The notes under the pieces are model-generated. The model had not been told where the DNA came from. It saw only the letters and a list, made by a program, of their open reading frames with translations, and searched no databases. The position numbers and the translations under genes are program-made. 64,000 nucleotides of DNA. Origin: Chloroflexota bacterium. Lineage in GTDB: Bacteria; Chloroflexota; UBA11872; VXNJ01. Each line of letters opens with the position of its first letter. The stretch's first letter is position 1. The stretch covers positions 1,184,001-1,248,000 of the forward strand of contig OZ253449.1 in NCBI GenBank assembly GCA_965261345.1. The letters run 5' to 3'. Positions 45,710 through 55,639 of this stretch are shown here, piece by piece.

Positions 45710-46888
45710 CTAACCGGCTGTGATCACCGCCGAAGCCGCCGCCGCGGCGGCCCCCGGCCGGACCGCGTAGCCGCGCTCGGACAGCAGGACCTCGAGCGCA
45801 TTTAGGACGTGGTAGACGTTCTTGGGGTCTGATCCATAGCCCATCAAACCGATCCGCCAAACTCGCCCAGCCCAATCGCCAAGCCCGCCGCCAATCTCGG
45901 TGTTGAAGCGTGAAAGCAGTTCGGCACGCACCTCGGCGTCAACTATTCCTGCGGGGATCTGGACCGGGGTGAGCATCCCCAGACGGCGGCCCTCCAGGCT
46001 GGCGATTGTCAGACCCATCGCCTCCAGCCCGGCGCGCAACGCCGCCCCGTTGCGCTCGTGGCGCCGTCCGCGTTCCTCCAAACCCTCGGCCATGATCAGT
46101 TCTAGGGCGCGCTTGAGCCCGGCCACGACCGGCGACGAACAGGTGTGATGGTAGGCCAATTTACCGGACCAATATGCCGCCAGATCCAGGGCCGACAGGT
46201 ACCAGGAGGCAACTGGGAGCCGACGGGCGCGGATCGCGGCCACCGCGCGGTCGGAAAAGGTCATCGGGGCGGCTCCCGGCGGCGTGCCGATGCATTTCTG
46301 GCTGCCGCCGTAGGCCACGTCGACCCCCCATTCATCGGCCTTGATCACCGCCCCACCGAGCAGGGTGACCATGTCGGCGATCAGCAGTGCGCCGTGCTCA
46401 TGGCAGACCGCGGCGATATCGGCCAACGGCTGTCGCAGGCCGACCGAGGTCTCGGCGGCCACCAGAAAGACCGCTTTGGCGGAGGGGTTGCTGGTCAGCG
46501 CAGCGGCGATCTCGGCGGTTTCGACCGGCCGCCCAAAGCCCGAGCTCACGGTCACCGTCTCGGCTCCGAGGCGCTGGCAGATCTCGTTGGCCTTGGTCCC
46601 GAAGAATCCGCTGATGCCGGTAATGATCGTATCGCCCGGTTCGAGGATGTTGACCAGCGCGGCCTCCATCCCCGAGAACCCGGTTCCCGAAACGGCAAAG
46701 GTGGCCTCATTGGCGGTCCCGAACAGGCCCCGCAACAGCTCGGCGGTGTCAGAGAGCATCCGCACGAAGTACGGATCCATATGCGAAACCACGGGCTCGC
46801 TCATCGCCGCGGTAATCCGCGGATCGACCGGCGACGGTCCGGGTCCAAGGAGCAGGCGGGCGGGATTCTCAGCCAAGGCAGGCCTCAT
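45710..46888 (-). CDS. Class V aminotransferase (alanine-glyoxylate / serine-pyruvate type)
   Basis: LLLGPGPS, SGTG..GMEA, GSQKCIG.PPG, YHHT, WRIGLMG. Start set at ATG 46888. Confidence 0.92.
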   Translation of the reverse strand: MRPALAENPARLLLGPGPSPVDPRITAAMSEPVVSHMDPYFVRMLSDTAELLRGLFGTANEATFAVSGTGFSGMEAALVNILEPGDTIITGISGFFGTKANEICQRLGAETVTVSSGFGRPVETAEIAAALTSNPSAKAVFLVAAETSVGLRQPLADIAAVCHEHGALLIADMVTLLGGAVIKADEWGVDVAYGGSQKCIGTPPGAAPMTFSDRAVAAIRARRLPVASWYLSALDLAAYWSGKLAYHHTCSSPVVAGLKRALELIMAEGLEERGRRHERNGAALRAGLEAMGLTIASLEGRRLGMLTPVQIPAGIVDAEVRAELLSRFNTEIGGGLGDWAGRVWRIGLMGYGSDPKNVYHVLNALEVLLSERGYAVRPGAAAAAASAVITAG

Positions 46889-46992
46889 GTAAGCTGGCGG
46901 TTTGGTCGATAGTATGAGTATTGCCGCAGCCGGTTGCAACACCCGCCGGTGGCAGGCAGCAAGCGAAAAATCCCGGTCCACCAGGCAAAACC

Positions 46993-47946
46993 ATGCCCAG
47001 ATCCCTCGTTGCCGGCGGCGCCGGACTGATCGGTTCGCAGCTCTGCCAGGTTCTGCTCGAACGCGGCCACCAGGTAGTGTGCGCCGATAACCTCGAGACC
47101 GCCCCCAGGACAAACTTGGAACACCTGCTGGGAGATCCCAATTTTTCGTTTGTCGACTGCGACGTTACCGGAAAGCTCGGGTTTGCCGACCTGGATGGTG
47201 TGTTTCACCTGGCCTCGCCGGCCAGCCCGCGCCACTTCGGGCTGATCCCTGAGAAAATCCTGGCCGCCAATTCGCAGGGCACCGCCAATCTGATCGAATT
47301 GGCGCTTGCCTGCCGGGCGCGCTTCCTCTACGCTTCGACCTCGGAGGTATACGGCGATCCGCTCGAGCATCCCCAGCGCGAGGACTACTTTGGCAACGTG
47401 AACCCGATAGGGCCGCGTTCGTGTTACGACGAGAGCAAAAGGTTCGGCGAAGCGCTGACCATGAATGCGGTCCGGCGCCGGTCGTTGGACGCCCGGATCG
47501 TGCGGATTTTTAATACTTACGGTCCACGCATGAACCCGCGCGACGGCAGGGCGCTGATCGAATTCTTGCAGCGTGCGCTGGCCGGGCAACCGCTGATCAT
47601 CCACGGCGACGGAACCCAGACTCGCAGCTGGTGCTACGTCGGCGACCTGGCCGAGGGCATTGCCCGAGCGATGGAGAAAAAACACACCACCGGCCGGGTC
47701 TACAACCTTGGTAACCCGGATGAGCGATCGGTTCTGGATCTGGCCCACGCGGTGCTGGCGGCAACCGGCTCCGAATCGGCGCTTGAATTTGCCCCGACCC
47801 CGCCGGACGATCCGCGACGACGCTGCCCCGACATCGCGCGCGCCCGCTCAGAGTTGGGCTTTGAGCCAAGGGTTGGCCTGGCCGAAGGCCTGGCCCGGAC
47901 CCTGGCCTGGTATCGCACAGCGCGGGACCCAGAGCCCCCGAGCTGA
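46993..47946 (+). CDS. UDP-glucuronate decarboxylase (UDP-xylose synthase) family
   Basis: GGAGLIGS, HLASPASP, ASTSEVYGDP, GNVNPIGPRSCYDESKR, RIFNTYGPRM. Confidence 0.92.
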   Translation: MPRSLVAGGAGLIGSQLCQVLLERGHQVVCADNLETAPRTNLEHLLGDPNFSFVDCDVTGKLGFADLDGVFHLASPASPRHFGLIPEKILAANSQGTANLIELALACRARFLYASTSEVYGDPLEHPQREDYFGNVNPIGPRSCYDESKRFGEALTMNAVRRRSLDARIVRIFNTYGPRMNPRDGRALIEFLQRALAGQPLIIHGDGTQTRSWCYVGDLAEGIARAMEKKHTTGRVYNLGNPDERSVLDLAHAVLAATGSESALEFAPTPPDDPRRRCPDIARARSELGFEPRVGLAEGLARTLAWYRTARDPEPPS

Positions 47947-49211
47947 TGCCGAAGTTCATTCGGGCGGCCCTCGGCGGCGGCACCGCGGCTCCGCTATTCC
48001 TGCTGATGGCCAGCGCCGCCAACGGACTGCAGTTCATCTACCAGGTCTTCATGGCGCGTCTGCTCGAACCCGAGCAGTACACCCTTCTGCTGGCCCTGGT
48101 CTCGTTCGTGGGGATCATGCTTTTCCCGGGACATGCCTTCCAGTCGGCGGTGGCGGTCGGGGTCGGTGCGCTGCTGGCCAGCGGCCAAGTTAGGGCGGTC
48201 TGGCAGTTCACCGTGCGGGCCGGCTCGGCCGGCGCCGGCGTGGCGCTGCTGGTTAGTGTGATCCTGGCGCTGCTGGCCAACCAGCTGCGGGCGCTTTTTG
48301 GTTTCTCCGACAACTGGGTGCTGACCCTGCTGCTGGTGATCCTGCCGCTCTCGATGCTGCTGGCCACCGCGCGCGGCGCGCTGCAGGGCCTTGGCCGATT
48401 CGCCTGGCTCGGATCCAACTTGCTCCTTGACGCCAGCCTGAGGGTGCTACTGGCGATCGGCCTGGTGGTGGCCGGTTTCGGCCTGACCGGGGCGCTGGCT
48501 GGCTTTTCGCTGGGGATTGCGGCCGCAATCGGCTTGGGAATCTGGGTAATTCGCCCGCGCGCGGCCGGGACCGGCGGGGGCGGCGGCATCCGTGCCCTGC
48601 TGATCGCCCAGCTGGCCACGGTTCCGGCCACATTTGCCATATTCGGCGCCCAGTCGGTCGACGTAATAATCGCCAACTGGCGATTTAGCGGGGTCGGCTT
48701 GGAGCCCTTTGTGGCGGCTGCCTTCGCCGGCAGGGTCAGCTTTCACGGGTGTTTCATGGTCTCCCAGCTGCTTCTGCCGCGGCTGCGCGACATGTTCGCC
48801 GGACCGGTCCTGAACCGCCGACTGTTGCTGCGCGGCTCGTTGGCGGTTGCGGTGATGGCGCTGGGTCCGCTGCTGCTGGCGTTGCTGGTGCCCGGTCTGC
48901 TCCACCAGGCCCTGGTGGGATCAAATTACGCCAGCGATCCAAAGCTGCTGCAGGTGTATCTGGGCGGTGCGGCGCTACTCTCGCTCTCGCTCTACCTGGT
49001 CTACATCCTCATTGCCGCCCGCATCACCTGGATCGCCTGGGGCCTGGTACCAATCGCCGTCGGCCAGACCCTCGCCTACCTGCTGCTGGCCAATTCGGCT
49101 TACGATTTGGCAGTTATCCTGCTGCTGTCGGCGGCGGCCATGTGTGCGATCTGCCTGATCGCCGGCGTCAGGTTGTTAAAGCAGCCGCTGGCGGCCGCCA
49201 GATCACTCTAG
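47946..49211 (+). CDS. Wzx-like oligosaccharide flippase
   Basis: About 12 TM helices; ARLL.P.QY, RGALQGL.RF, LRV.LA; between nucleotide-sugar genes. Confidence 0.78.
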   Translation: MPKFIRAALGGGTAAPLFLLMASAANGLQFIYQVFMARLLEPEQYTLLLALVSFVGIMLFPGHAFQSAVAVGVGALLASGQVRAVWQFTVRAGSAGAGVALLVSVILALLANQLRALFGFSDNWVLTLLLVILPLSMLLATARGALQGLGRFAWLGSNLLLDASLRVLLAIGLVVAGFGLTGALAGFSLGIAAAIGLGIWVIRPRAAGTGGGGGIRALLIAQLATVPATFAIFGAQSVDVIIANWRFSGVGLEPFVAAAFAGRVSFHGCFMVSQLLLPRLRDMFAGPVLNRRLLLRGSLAVAVMALGPLLLALLVPGLLHQALVGSNYASDPKLLQVYLGGAALLSLSLYLVYILIAARITWIAWGLVPIAVGQTLAYLLLANSAYDLAVILLLSAAAMCAICLIAGVRLLKQPLAAARSL

Positions 49212-49230
49212 CTATACCGAAGGATCCGCC

Positions 49231-50205
49231 TTGCCCCGAGCGTTAATTACCGGAATCACCGGCCAGGACGGCTCCTATCTGGCCGAGTTCCTGCTGCAGG
49301 CTGGTTACGAGGTCTGCGGCGTGCTGCGACGCACCAGCACCGAGCGGCTGGAACGGATCGCCCACCTGACCGACCAGATCCGGCTGGTCTACGGCGATCT
49401 GGCCGACACCGCGTCGCTGATCCGGGTGCTCTCCGACTGGCGTCCAGAAGAGGTCTACAACCTGGGGGCGGCCTCATTCGTGCAGACCTCCTGGTCGCAA
49501 CCTGAGCTGACCGGCCAGGTCACTGGGCTTGGAGCCCTGCGGCTGCTGGAGGCGATCCTGGCAGTCGATGACTCGATCCGCTTCTACCAGGCCAGCTCAT
49601 CGGAAATTTTTGGACAAGCGGCCGAATCGCCGCAGCGTGAAACCACCCCGCTGCACCCGCGCAGCCCCTACGGGGTGGCCAAGGCCTACGCCCACTGGAT
49701 CACCGTCAATTACCGCGAGAGCCATTCCCTGCATGCCTCTTCGGGAATCCTCTTTAACCATGAATCGCCGCGCCGCGGGCGGGAGTTTGTTACCCGCAAG
49801 GTCTCGCGCGCCGTGGCCCGTATCAAGCTGGGCCGGCAGCAGCAGGTCGGGCTGGGCGACCTTTCGCCCAAACGCGACTGGGGTTTTGCCGGCGATTACG
49901 TCGAGGCGATGTGGCGGATGCTCCAGCAGGACCGGCCCGACGATTACGTGATCGCGACCGGCCGAACCCACACCGTCGGGCGGATGGTCGAACTGGCGTT
50001 TACCCGGGCCGGACTCGATTGGCGCGACCACGTGCAGGAGGACCCGGCAATGCGCCGACCGGCCGAGGTAATGCTGCTGCGGGGCGATTCCGGCAAGGCT
50101 CATCGGGCCCTTGGCTGGGCTCCCAGGATCTCGTTTGAGGAGCTGATCGCGATGATGGTCGACTCCGATCTGGAGCAGGTCGCCAGCGGGCGCGAGAGCT
50201 ACTAG
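49231..50205 (+). CDS. gmd: GDP-mannose 4,6-dehydratase
   Basis: [47 protein letters not shown]. Confidence 0.96.
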   Translation: MPRALITGITGQDGSYLAEFLLQAGYEVCGVLRRTSTERLERIAHLTDQIRLVYGDLADTASLIRVLSDWRPEEVYNLGAASFVQTSWSQPELTGQVTGLGALRLLEAILAVDDSIRFYQASSSEIFGQAAESPQRETTPLHPRSPYGVAKAYAHWITVNYRESHSLHASSGILFNHESPRRGREFVTRKVSRAVARIKLGRQQQVGLGDLSPKRDWGFAGDYVEAMWRMLQQDRPDDYVIATGRTHTVGRMVELAFTRAGLDWRDHVQEDPAMRRPAEVMLLRGDSGKAHRALGWAPRISFEELIAMMVDSDLEQVASGRESY

Positions 50206-51236
50206 GGGGCGGGCAGGAACTCGGCGACCGGGACGCCGGCGCGGCGGTGCCCGGCCGCACAGGCGGCAAACATCATCGCCACGCTTTGCAGGTTGTCGCG
50301 GAAGGTGCACTCCGGCTCGGTGCCCGATTCCAGCCAGCTGAGGAACTGCTCGAGCACCCGGGCGTGGGCCTGGCGTCCGTCATCGCCAATATCGATTAGG
50401 CGGTCCGCCCGGCCGGCGCGCGCTATCACCAGCCGGTCGGGCCCGGCGGTGGCGATCGAACCGTTTTGGCACTCGGCCCGGTAGTACTCCTCGTACCACG
50501 AATTGGGGGTCCCGGCGGAGAGCAGGTTGGCCTCGTAGCCGGCCCTCGTATCGTTGTCCAGCTCTACCAGGTAGAGCCCGGCGGCGAGTCCTTTAAAGGA
50601 GGACCAGGGCGGATTGTAGGCACTGGCGAATACCTGCACCGGGTTGCCGCCGGAGAGGTGACGAATCATGTCCAGATGGTGGATTGAGCCGTCCAGAACC
50701 ATCGGATCGGCCATCTCATGCCGGAACGGGTTGGGGCCGCCCCAGGACCCGTAGTCACGGTAGTCATCGGCAAAACGGGCCACGATGTACTGCAGCGGCC
50801 CCAGCTCCCCGGAATCGAGCAGCCGCTTGAACTCAATCATCCGCGTCGAGTAGCGGTAATTTTGAACGACCTGGCAGGTGATGCCGGATTCGTTGGCCAA
50901 TCTGGCCATCTCCAGGACCTGGTCAAAGTCGGACGAAATCGGTTTTTCCAAAAGCACCGGCAGGCCGGCCCGGCAGGCCGCTGCGAACGGTTCGACGTGG
51001 TTCCAAGGGGGTGTTACGATGATGCAGAAATCGACCTCGGCGGCGGCGATGGCCGCATCGGGCGACTGGAAGCGCGCGCTGGGCGGCAGCGCCAGCAGGT
51101 CGCCGACCCGGTCAAGCGCCGCCCGATCGATGTCGCAGATCGCGGTGATCTCGGCCCGTTCGCCCACCTGCGGGAAGATCCGCCGGGCGTAGGCGCTGCC
51201 CATCCCGCCCAGTCCGATGAGCAACGCCGAGAGCAT
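50202..51236 (-). CDS. Gfo/Idh/MocA oxidoreductase
   Basis: IGLGGMG, TPP..H, LEKP, QNYRY, SIHHLD. Confidence 0.9.
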   Translation of the reverse strand: MLSALLIGLGGMGSAYARRIFPQVGERAEITAICDIDRAALDRVGDLLALPPSARFQSPDAAIAAAEVDFCIIVTPPWNHVEPFAAACRAGLPVLLEKPISSDFDQVLEMARLANESGITCQVVQNYRYSTRMIEFKRLLDSGELGPLQYIVARFADDYRDYGSWGGPNPFRHEMADPMVLDGSIHHLDMIRHLSGGNPVQVFASAYNPPWSSFKGLAAGLYLVELDNDTRAGYEANLLSAGTPNSWYEEYYRAECQNGSIATAGPDRLVIARAGRADRLIDIGDDGRQAHARVLEQFLSWLESGTEPECTFRDNLQSVAMMFAACAAGHRRAGVPVAEFLPAP

Positions 51237-51246
51237 GGTGGGGCGG

Positions 51247-52020
51247 CTAAGCGCCCATCCAACCGCCGTCGACTGGCAGGATGTGGCCGGTAATGTACCC
51301 GGCCGCCGGTGAGGCTAAGAACACCGCCGCGCCGCCCATGTCGGCGGGATTCCCCCAGCGCCGCATCGGGACCCGTGATAGCACCCAGGAGGAGAACTCC
51401 TCCTGGTTGTAGCGTGCCTCGGTCATGGCGGTGCGGATGTAGCCCGGGGCGATCGCATTCACGGTGATCGGGGTCTGGGCCAGTTCGGTGGCGATTGCCT
51501 TGGTTACCTGGGCGACACCGCCCTTGGTCGCCCCGTAGGTCGAGTTGCCGGCCATCCCGATAAAGGAGGTCATCGAGGCGGTGTTGATGATCCTTCCGTA
51601 GCCGCCGGCGAGCATCGGTGCGATTGCAAATTTCATGCCGAAGTACACTGCCCGCAGATTGACCGAATTGACAAAATCCCAATCCTCGGGAGTTACCTGG
51701 TCGATCGGGAGGCGCCGGTTGCTGCCGGCGTTGTTAAAGAGGATGTCAAGCCGTCCAAACTCTTCGGTGGGCAGTTCGATCAGCTTTTGCAGTTGGCCCA
51801 AGTCCGACACGTCGACCTGGCTGGTTATCACCCGGCGGCCGATCTGCCTGATCTCGGCGGCCACCGCCTCGAGCTGGTCGAGCGAGCGGGCGGCCAGCAC
51901 CAGGTCGGCGCCGGCGTTGGCCAGGGCCCGCGCGAAGCCGGCCCCGATTCCGCGGCCCCCGCCGGTGACCAGCGCCACCTTGCCGGAAAGGTCGAAGGGA
52001 TTACCGTTTTCCCAAGCCAT
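51247..52020 (-). CDS. SDR oxidoreductase (gluconate 5-dehydrogenase / KduD-like)
   Basis: TGGGRGIG, NNAG, YGATKGG, VNAIAPGY, VDGG. Start set at ATG 52020. Confidence 0.9.
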   Translation of the reverse strand: MAWENGNPFDLSGKVALVTGGGRGIGAGFARALANAGADLVLAARSLDQLEAVAAEIRQIGRRVITSQVDVSDLGQLQKLIELPTEEFGRLDILFNNAGSNRRLPIDQVTPEDWDFVNSVNLRAVYFGMKFAIAPMLAGGYGRIINTASMTSFIGMAGNSTYGATKGGVAQVTKAIATELAQTPITVNAIAPGYIRTAMTEARYNQEEFSSWVLSRVPMRRWGNPADMGGAAVFLASPAAGYITGHILPVDGGWMGA

Positions 52021-52030
52021 CAGTGGATCC

Positions 52031-52354
52031 TTATTGGAGCGGTGAGTAGTCGGTCGGACGCAGCAGACGGTTCTCAACCCGAGACACGATCTGATGGTTT
52101 CTTTCGGTTTCGGCTTTGACCTGGAGCCATTCCGGGTCAACTACGAAGGCGCCCCATTTGGCCTCGCGGTCGGCCATGTCGGCAAAGGCGATGATGTAGG
52201 TCAGTCGCTGGTTGACGCCGACGATTTCATCCCAGAATCCGACCACGTCGATTCCGAGACGCGCCCAGATCCCGAGGGTGTGGTTACGGAAGCGGGCGTT
52301 GATCTCGGGCATGCGGCCCGGCTCGATGTAGTACTCGCGCAACTCGTAGAGCAT
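52031..52354 (-). CDS. NIPSNAP family protein
   Basis: MLYELREY...PG, RF, W.AF..DPEW, LRPTDYSPLQ. Confidence 0.9.
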   Translation of the reverse strand: MLYELREYYIEPGRMPEINARFRNHTLGIWARLGIDVVGFWDEIVGVNQRLTYIIAFADMADREAKWGAFVVDPEWLQVKAETERNHQIVSRVENRLLRPTDYSPLQ

Positions 52355-52421
52355 TGGATCCTCCGCCAAAAACCTCCATAATCGTACTTATTTCGCCAGT
52401 CCCGCACACTCGTCCAGGCCG

Positions 52422-53357
52422 TTGCAACCGCCCGTTCCCGACAATCCCAGCAGCCGCCGCAAGGTCGGCCAGGTACTCTCGCTGATCGAATCGCACCTCG
52501 CCGGGGCGTCATCGTTCCACGGGGCGGTGGTAACCGATTCGGTCGCCCATGGTGATGCCCGGCCCGATTCGGACGTGGACATGTTCCTGCTGTTTTCACC
52601 GCTTGATTTAACGGTCATCCCGGGCGATTTCATATGGTCGCCACTATCTGACCGGTTCTACGGCCGCGGCGAAAACCTGCCCGACGACCCCGACCTGCTC
52701 CACATCGACGCCCGACGAGTCGACTTGGAACGGCTCAGAACGGGCGGCGCCAGCGAGCTGGAGCGCCACCTGTTGGCCTCCGGGTTGCTCATCTACGATC
52801 GCCAGCGGGCCTGCCGGGAGGTGATCACGGCGGCGGCCCGCTATCCTGACCGGACCCGGCGCGAGCGGCTGGTGGACGGGTTTTTTCAGGTGAGCTACCA
52901 TCTGCAGCCGGACAAGGCTTTCGCCTGGTATGAGCGCGCCGACGGGCGCTGCGCGCACGCCCATTTCAATGCCGGGGTGGAGTACTTCATCAAATTTTTG
53001 TTTGCCTGGCACCGCTCCTGGCTGACCTGGCCCAACAAGCGGGTGCAGTTCCTGCTGGACCAAGTCGAACCGGTGGGCGGACTGGGTGAGTGCTTTGAGC
53101 AGATCCTGCTCACGCGGAACTTTTCGCGGGCCGAACTGGCCCGCCGAATGGAGGCGCTGGGGGCCTACATGGACCGCATGCGGGAACTGCTGCAGGCGTC
53201 CGGGATCCTGCCAGACTGTGATCCGGTCGAGTGGGCCTATGGCCAGATCCACCCCGAAATCGGGTTGCGCCACAGCATGGATCCCTGGCGGCTGGCCAAC
53301 GCGGCTCGTTTGGATAACAATCAGGCTGGTGCCGGACCGGCACGGAGGAAAAATTGA
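52422..53357 (+). CDS. Pol-beta-like nucleotidyltransferase domain protein (DUF4037-like C-terminus)
   Basis: DSVAHGDARPDSDVD; LFAW...W..K. Start uncertain. Confidence 0.7.
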   Translation: MQPPVPDNPSSRRKVGQVLSLIESHLAGASSFHGAVVTDSVAHGDARPDSDVDMFLLFSPLDLTVIPGDFIWSPLSDRFYGRGENLPDDPDLLHIDARRVDLERLRTGGASELERHLLASGLLIYDRQRACREVITAAARYPDRTRRERLVDGFFQVSYHLQPDKAFAWYERADGRCAHAHFNAGVEYFIKFLFAWHRSWLTWPNKRVQFLLDQVEPVGGLGECFEQILLTRNFSRAELARRMEALGAYMDRMRELLQASGILPDCDPVEWAYGQIHPEIGLRHSMDPWRLANAARLDNNQAGAGPARRKN

Positions 53358-53803
53358 GTCGAGTCAAGCGTTCCCAGCCCAAGCCGCGCAAATACGTTAT
53401 CGTGGTCGGTTGTGGGCGGGTTGGGGCGCAACTGGCGAACCTGCTCGATGACGACGGTGATGCGGTGGTGGTTCTGGATTCCTCGGCCGATTCCTTCAAG
53501 CGCCTGCACCCCGGATTCAGCGGATCGACGATGGTCGGGGATGCCAAAAACACCCGTTTGCTCGAACGTGCCGGCATCAGGAACGCCGACGCGCTGGTCA
53601 CCGCCACCCAGGGTGACAACACCAACATCATGATCGCCCAGATGGCACAGAAGATCTACCAAGTTCGGTTCGTGGTCGCCCGGTGCTACGATCCGGTTCG
53701 TTCGGATGCCTACGCGGCGCTGGGACTGCGCACCATCTGCCCCACCACCGTCGGCGCCGAGATGCTCCGCGATGCGCTGCAAGAGGTCGGTTCGGGGGCC
53801 TGA
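53354..53803 (+). CDS. trkA: TrkA-N (RCK) potassium uptake regulatory protein
   Basis: VGCGRVG, GD...L..AGI..AD, T.GDNTN, VVAR.YDP. Confidence 0.9.
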   Translation: MSRVKRSQPKPRKYVIVVGCGRVGAQLANLLDDDGDAVVVLDSSADSFKRLHPGFSGSTMVGDAKNTRLLERAGIRNADALVTATQGDNTNIMIAQMAQKIYQVRFVVARCYDPVRSDAYAALGLRTICPTTVGAEMLRDALQEVGSGA

Positions 53804-53809
53804 TCTTAA

Positions 53810-54499
53810 GTGTTCATCATTGTCTGCGGCGGCGGAACGATCGGCTACAACATCACCCTCGAGCTGCTCGATCGAGGTCACGAGGTGGTGGTGCTGGAGA
53901 AAAACGCCGCCCGGGCCCGCTACCTGCAGTCGGAAATCGGCCAGCTGGTAATGCCCAACGACGGCTGCGAGGGGCGCTGGCTCAAGGAGGCCGGGGTCAA
54001 CCGCGCCGACCTGGTGTGCGCGCTAACCGACCACGACGAGGACAACCTGATCATCGCCCAGCTGGCCAACAGCCTCTCTGACAAAGGCTGCCGGATCATC
54101 GCCCGCGTAAACGAACCCGCCAATGCGGCGGTTTTTCGCTCGCTGGGGGTGCCGGAGACGGTCAGCGCCACCGACCTGGTGCTCGCGATGATCGAGAGCG
54201 AGGTAAGGGACGGGGGCGGAGTGGTCCACTTAACGCGCCTGGCCCAGGGAGGTTATGAACTGGTTCAGTTTCGATTCACCCAGGAATCGCGGGCGCTCAA
54301 TCGTCCGCTGGGGCAGTTGGGGCTGCCCCAGCGCGGCTGCAGAATCTGCGCCGTGCTGCGCGCCGGGGCGGTCATCGAGAACGAACCCGAACTCGAGCTG
54401 GTCCTCGGCGATGAGCTGATCGCGCTGGTTAAGGCCGAAAGTCTCGACGCGGTACGCGAGTACCTGATCGAACCGGAATTTAAGGTCGAAATCTCTTAA
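53810..54499 (+). CDS. trkA: TrkA-family protein (RCK N + C)
   Basis: GGGTIG, DGCE...L.EAG..RAD, T.HDEDNL, IARVN.P, C-terminal RCK_C. Confidence 0.9.
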   Translation: MFIIVCGGGTIGYNITLELLDRGHEVVVLEKNAARARYLQSEIGQLVMPNDGCEGRWLKEAGVNRADLVCALTDHDEDNLIIAQLANSLSDKGCRIIARVNEPANAAVFRSLGVPETVSATDLVLAMIESEVRDGGGVVHLTRLAQGGYELVQFRFTQESRALNRPLGQLGLPQRGCRICAVLRAGAVIENEPELELVLGDELIALVKAESLDAVREYLIEPEFKVEIS

Positions 54500-54522
54500 A
54501 AACCGCCCAGCGGCCGGGGGAT

Positions 54523-55464
54523 CTAGGTGCCAGTGGCCGACAGCGCGGCCTGCTGCCGGGCCCAACCGGCGGTCCGGGTCAGGCCTTCGGCCAGCGGGAC
54601 CTTTGGCGTCCAGCCAAGATCGCGGTGGGCGGCCCGACAATCGAGCGCGACGTGCGTGACCTCGCCGGGAGCCAGGTCGACCAGGTCGGGTTGGATGTCT
54701 AGGGAGAGGGCCTGACAGAGGAAATCGAAGACCTGACGCACCGAGGTTTGCTGGCCGCTGGCGATGTTATAGGCGCGCGGGCCGCCCGATGCAGCCGCCA
54801 GCAGCAGTGCGTCGACGACGTCGCTGACGTAGACGTAATCGCGGGTTGGCCGGCCGTGTCCGCGCAGGCGAGGCGTCTGTCCGCTCAGCAGCTGTTCCAA
54901 AAATATCTGGGCCACTCCAACTTCTGAACCGGGCTTTTGGCCGGGCCCATAGATGTTGCCGGGCCGCAGGATGGTGTAGGAGAGGCCGGATTGCTTACCC
55001 AGCTGGGCAAGGTAGAGTTCGGCGCAATATTTGGAGAGGCCATAGGGCGAGGTCGGGTCCGCCGCGCGGGTCTCGGCCGCCGGAATCTGATCCGGTGCCA
55101 GATCGCCGTACATCGCCCCGCCGGTGGAAACGAAAACGAAGCGGGCGTTGCCCGCCGCCAGTGCGGCCGAGAGGGTTCCGGACACATTCACGTCGAGGTC
55201 GTACCAGGGCTCGGAATGGGCCCGCCTGGGATCGGCCTGGGCGGCCAGGTGAAAAACCACCAAGGGCTCAAATCGCTCCGCCGCGTCGGCCAGGTGGACC
55301 CGCTCGCGGACGTCGATGCGCGCATATTCGACGTCCGGGCGGGCGCTAAGTGATAGCGGCGCGGCCGCTGAATCGACCACCAGGACCTGGTCGCCGCGCG
55401 CAATTAGGGCGTTGACTAGGTGCTGGCCCAGAAAACCGGCCCCGCCGGTGACCAAACTTCGCAA
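54523..55464 (-). CDS. UDP-glucose 4-epimerase-like NAD-dependent epimerase
   Basis: TGGAGFLG, HLAAQ, STGGAMYG, SPYGLSK, NIYGPGQ, RDYVYV.D. Confidence 0.9.
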   Translation of the reverse strand: MRSLVTGGAGFLGQHLVNALIARGDQVLVVDSAAAPLSLSARPDVEYARIDVRERVHLADAAERFEPLVVFHLAAQADPRRAHSEPWYDLDVNVSGTLSAALAAGNARFVFVSTGGAMYGDLAPDQIPAAETRAADPTSPYGLSKYCAELYLAQLGKQSGLSYTILRPGNIYGPGQKPGSEVGVAQIFLEQLLSGQTPRLRGHGRPTRDYVYVSDVVDALLLAAASGGPRAYNIASGQQTSVRQVFDFLCQALSLDIQPDLVDLAPGEVTHVALDCRAAHRDLGWTPKVPLAEGLTRTAGWARQQAALSATGT

Positions 55465-55639
55465 TCGCCAATCCGTTCGAAAAAGGCAGCTAGGTTACGC
55501 GGTAGCGCCCGACCGCAACCGGCGGCGTGAGCCGGAGCCACGGTCGCTACAGTGCCATTTTCGCCGGACGAAACCGGTCGCCGCCCAACAACCGGTCGGA
55601 TCTGCCTACTGCGATGCTTGGCCGGATTTGCCGGCCGCG

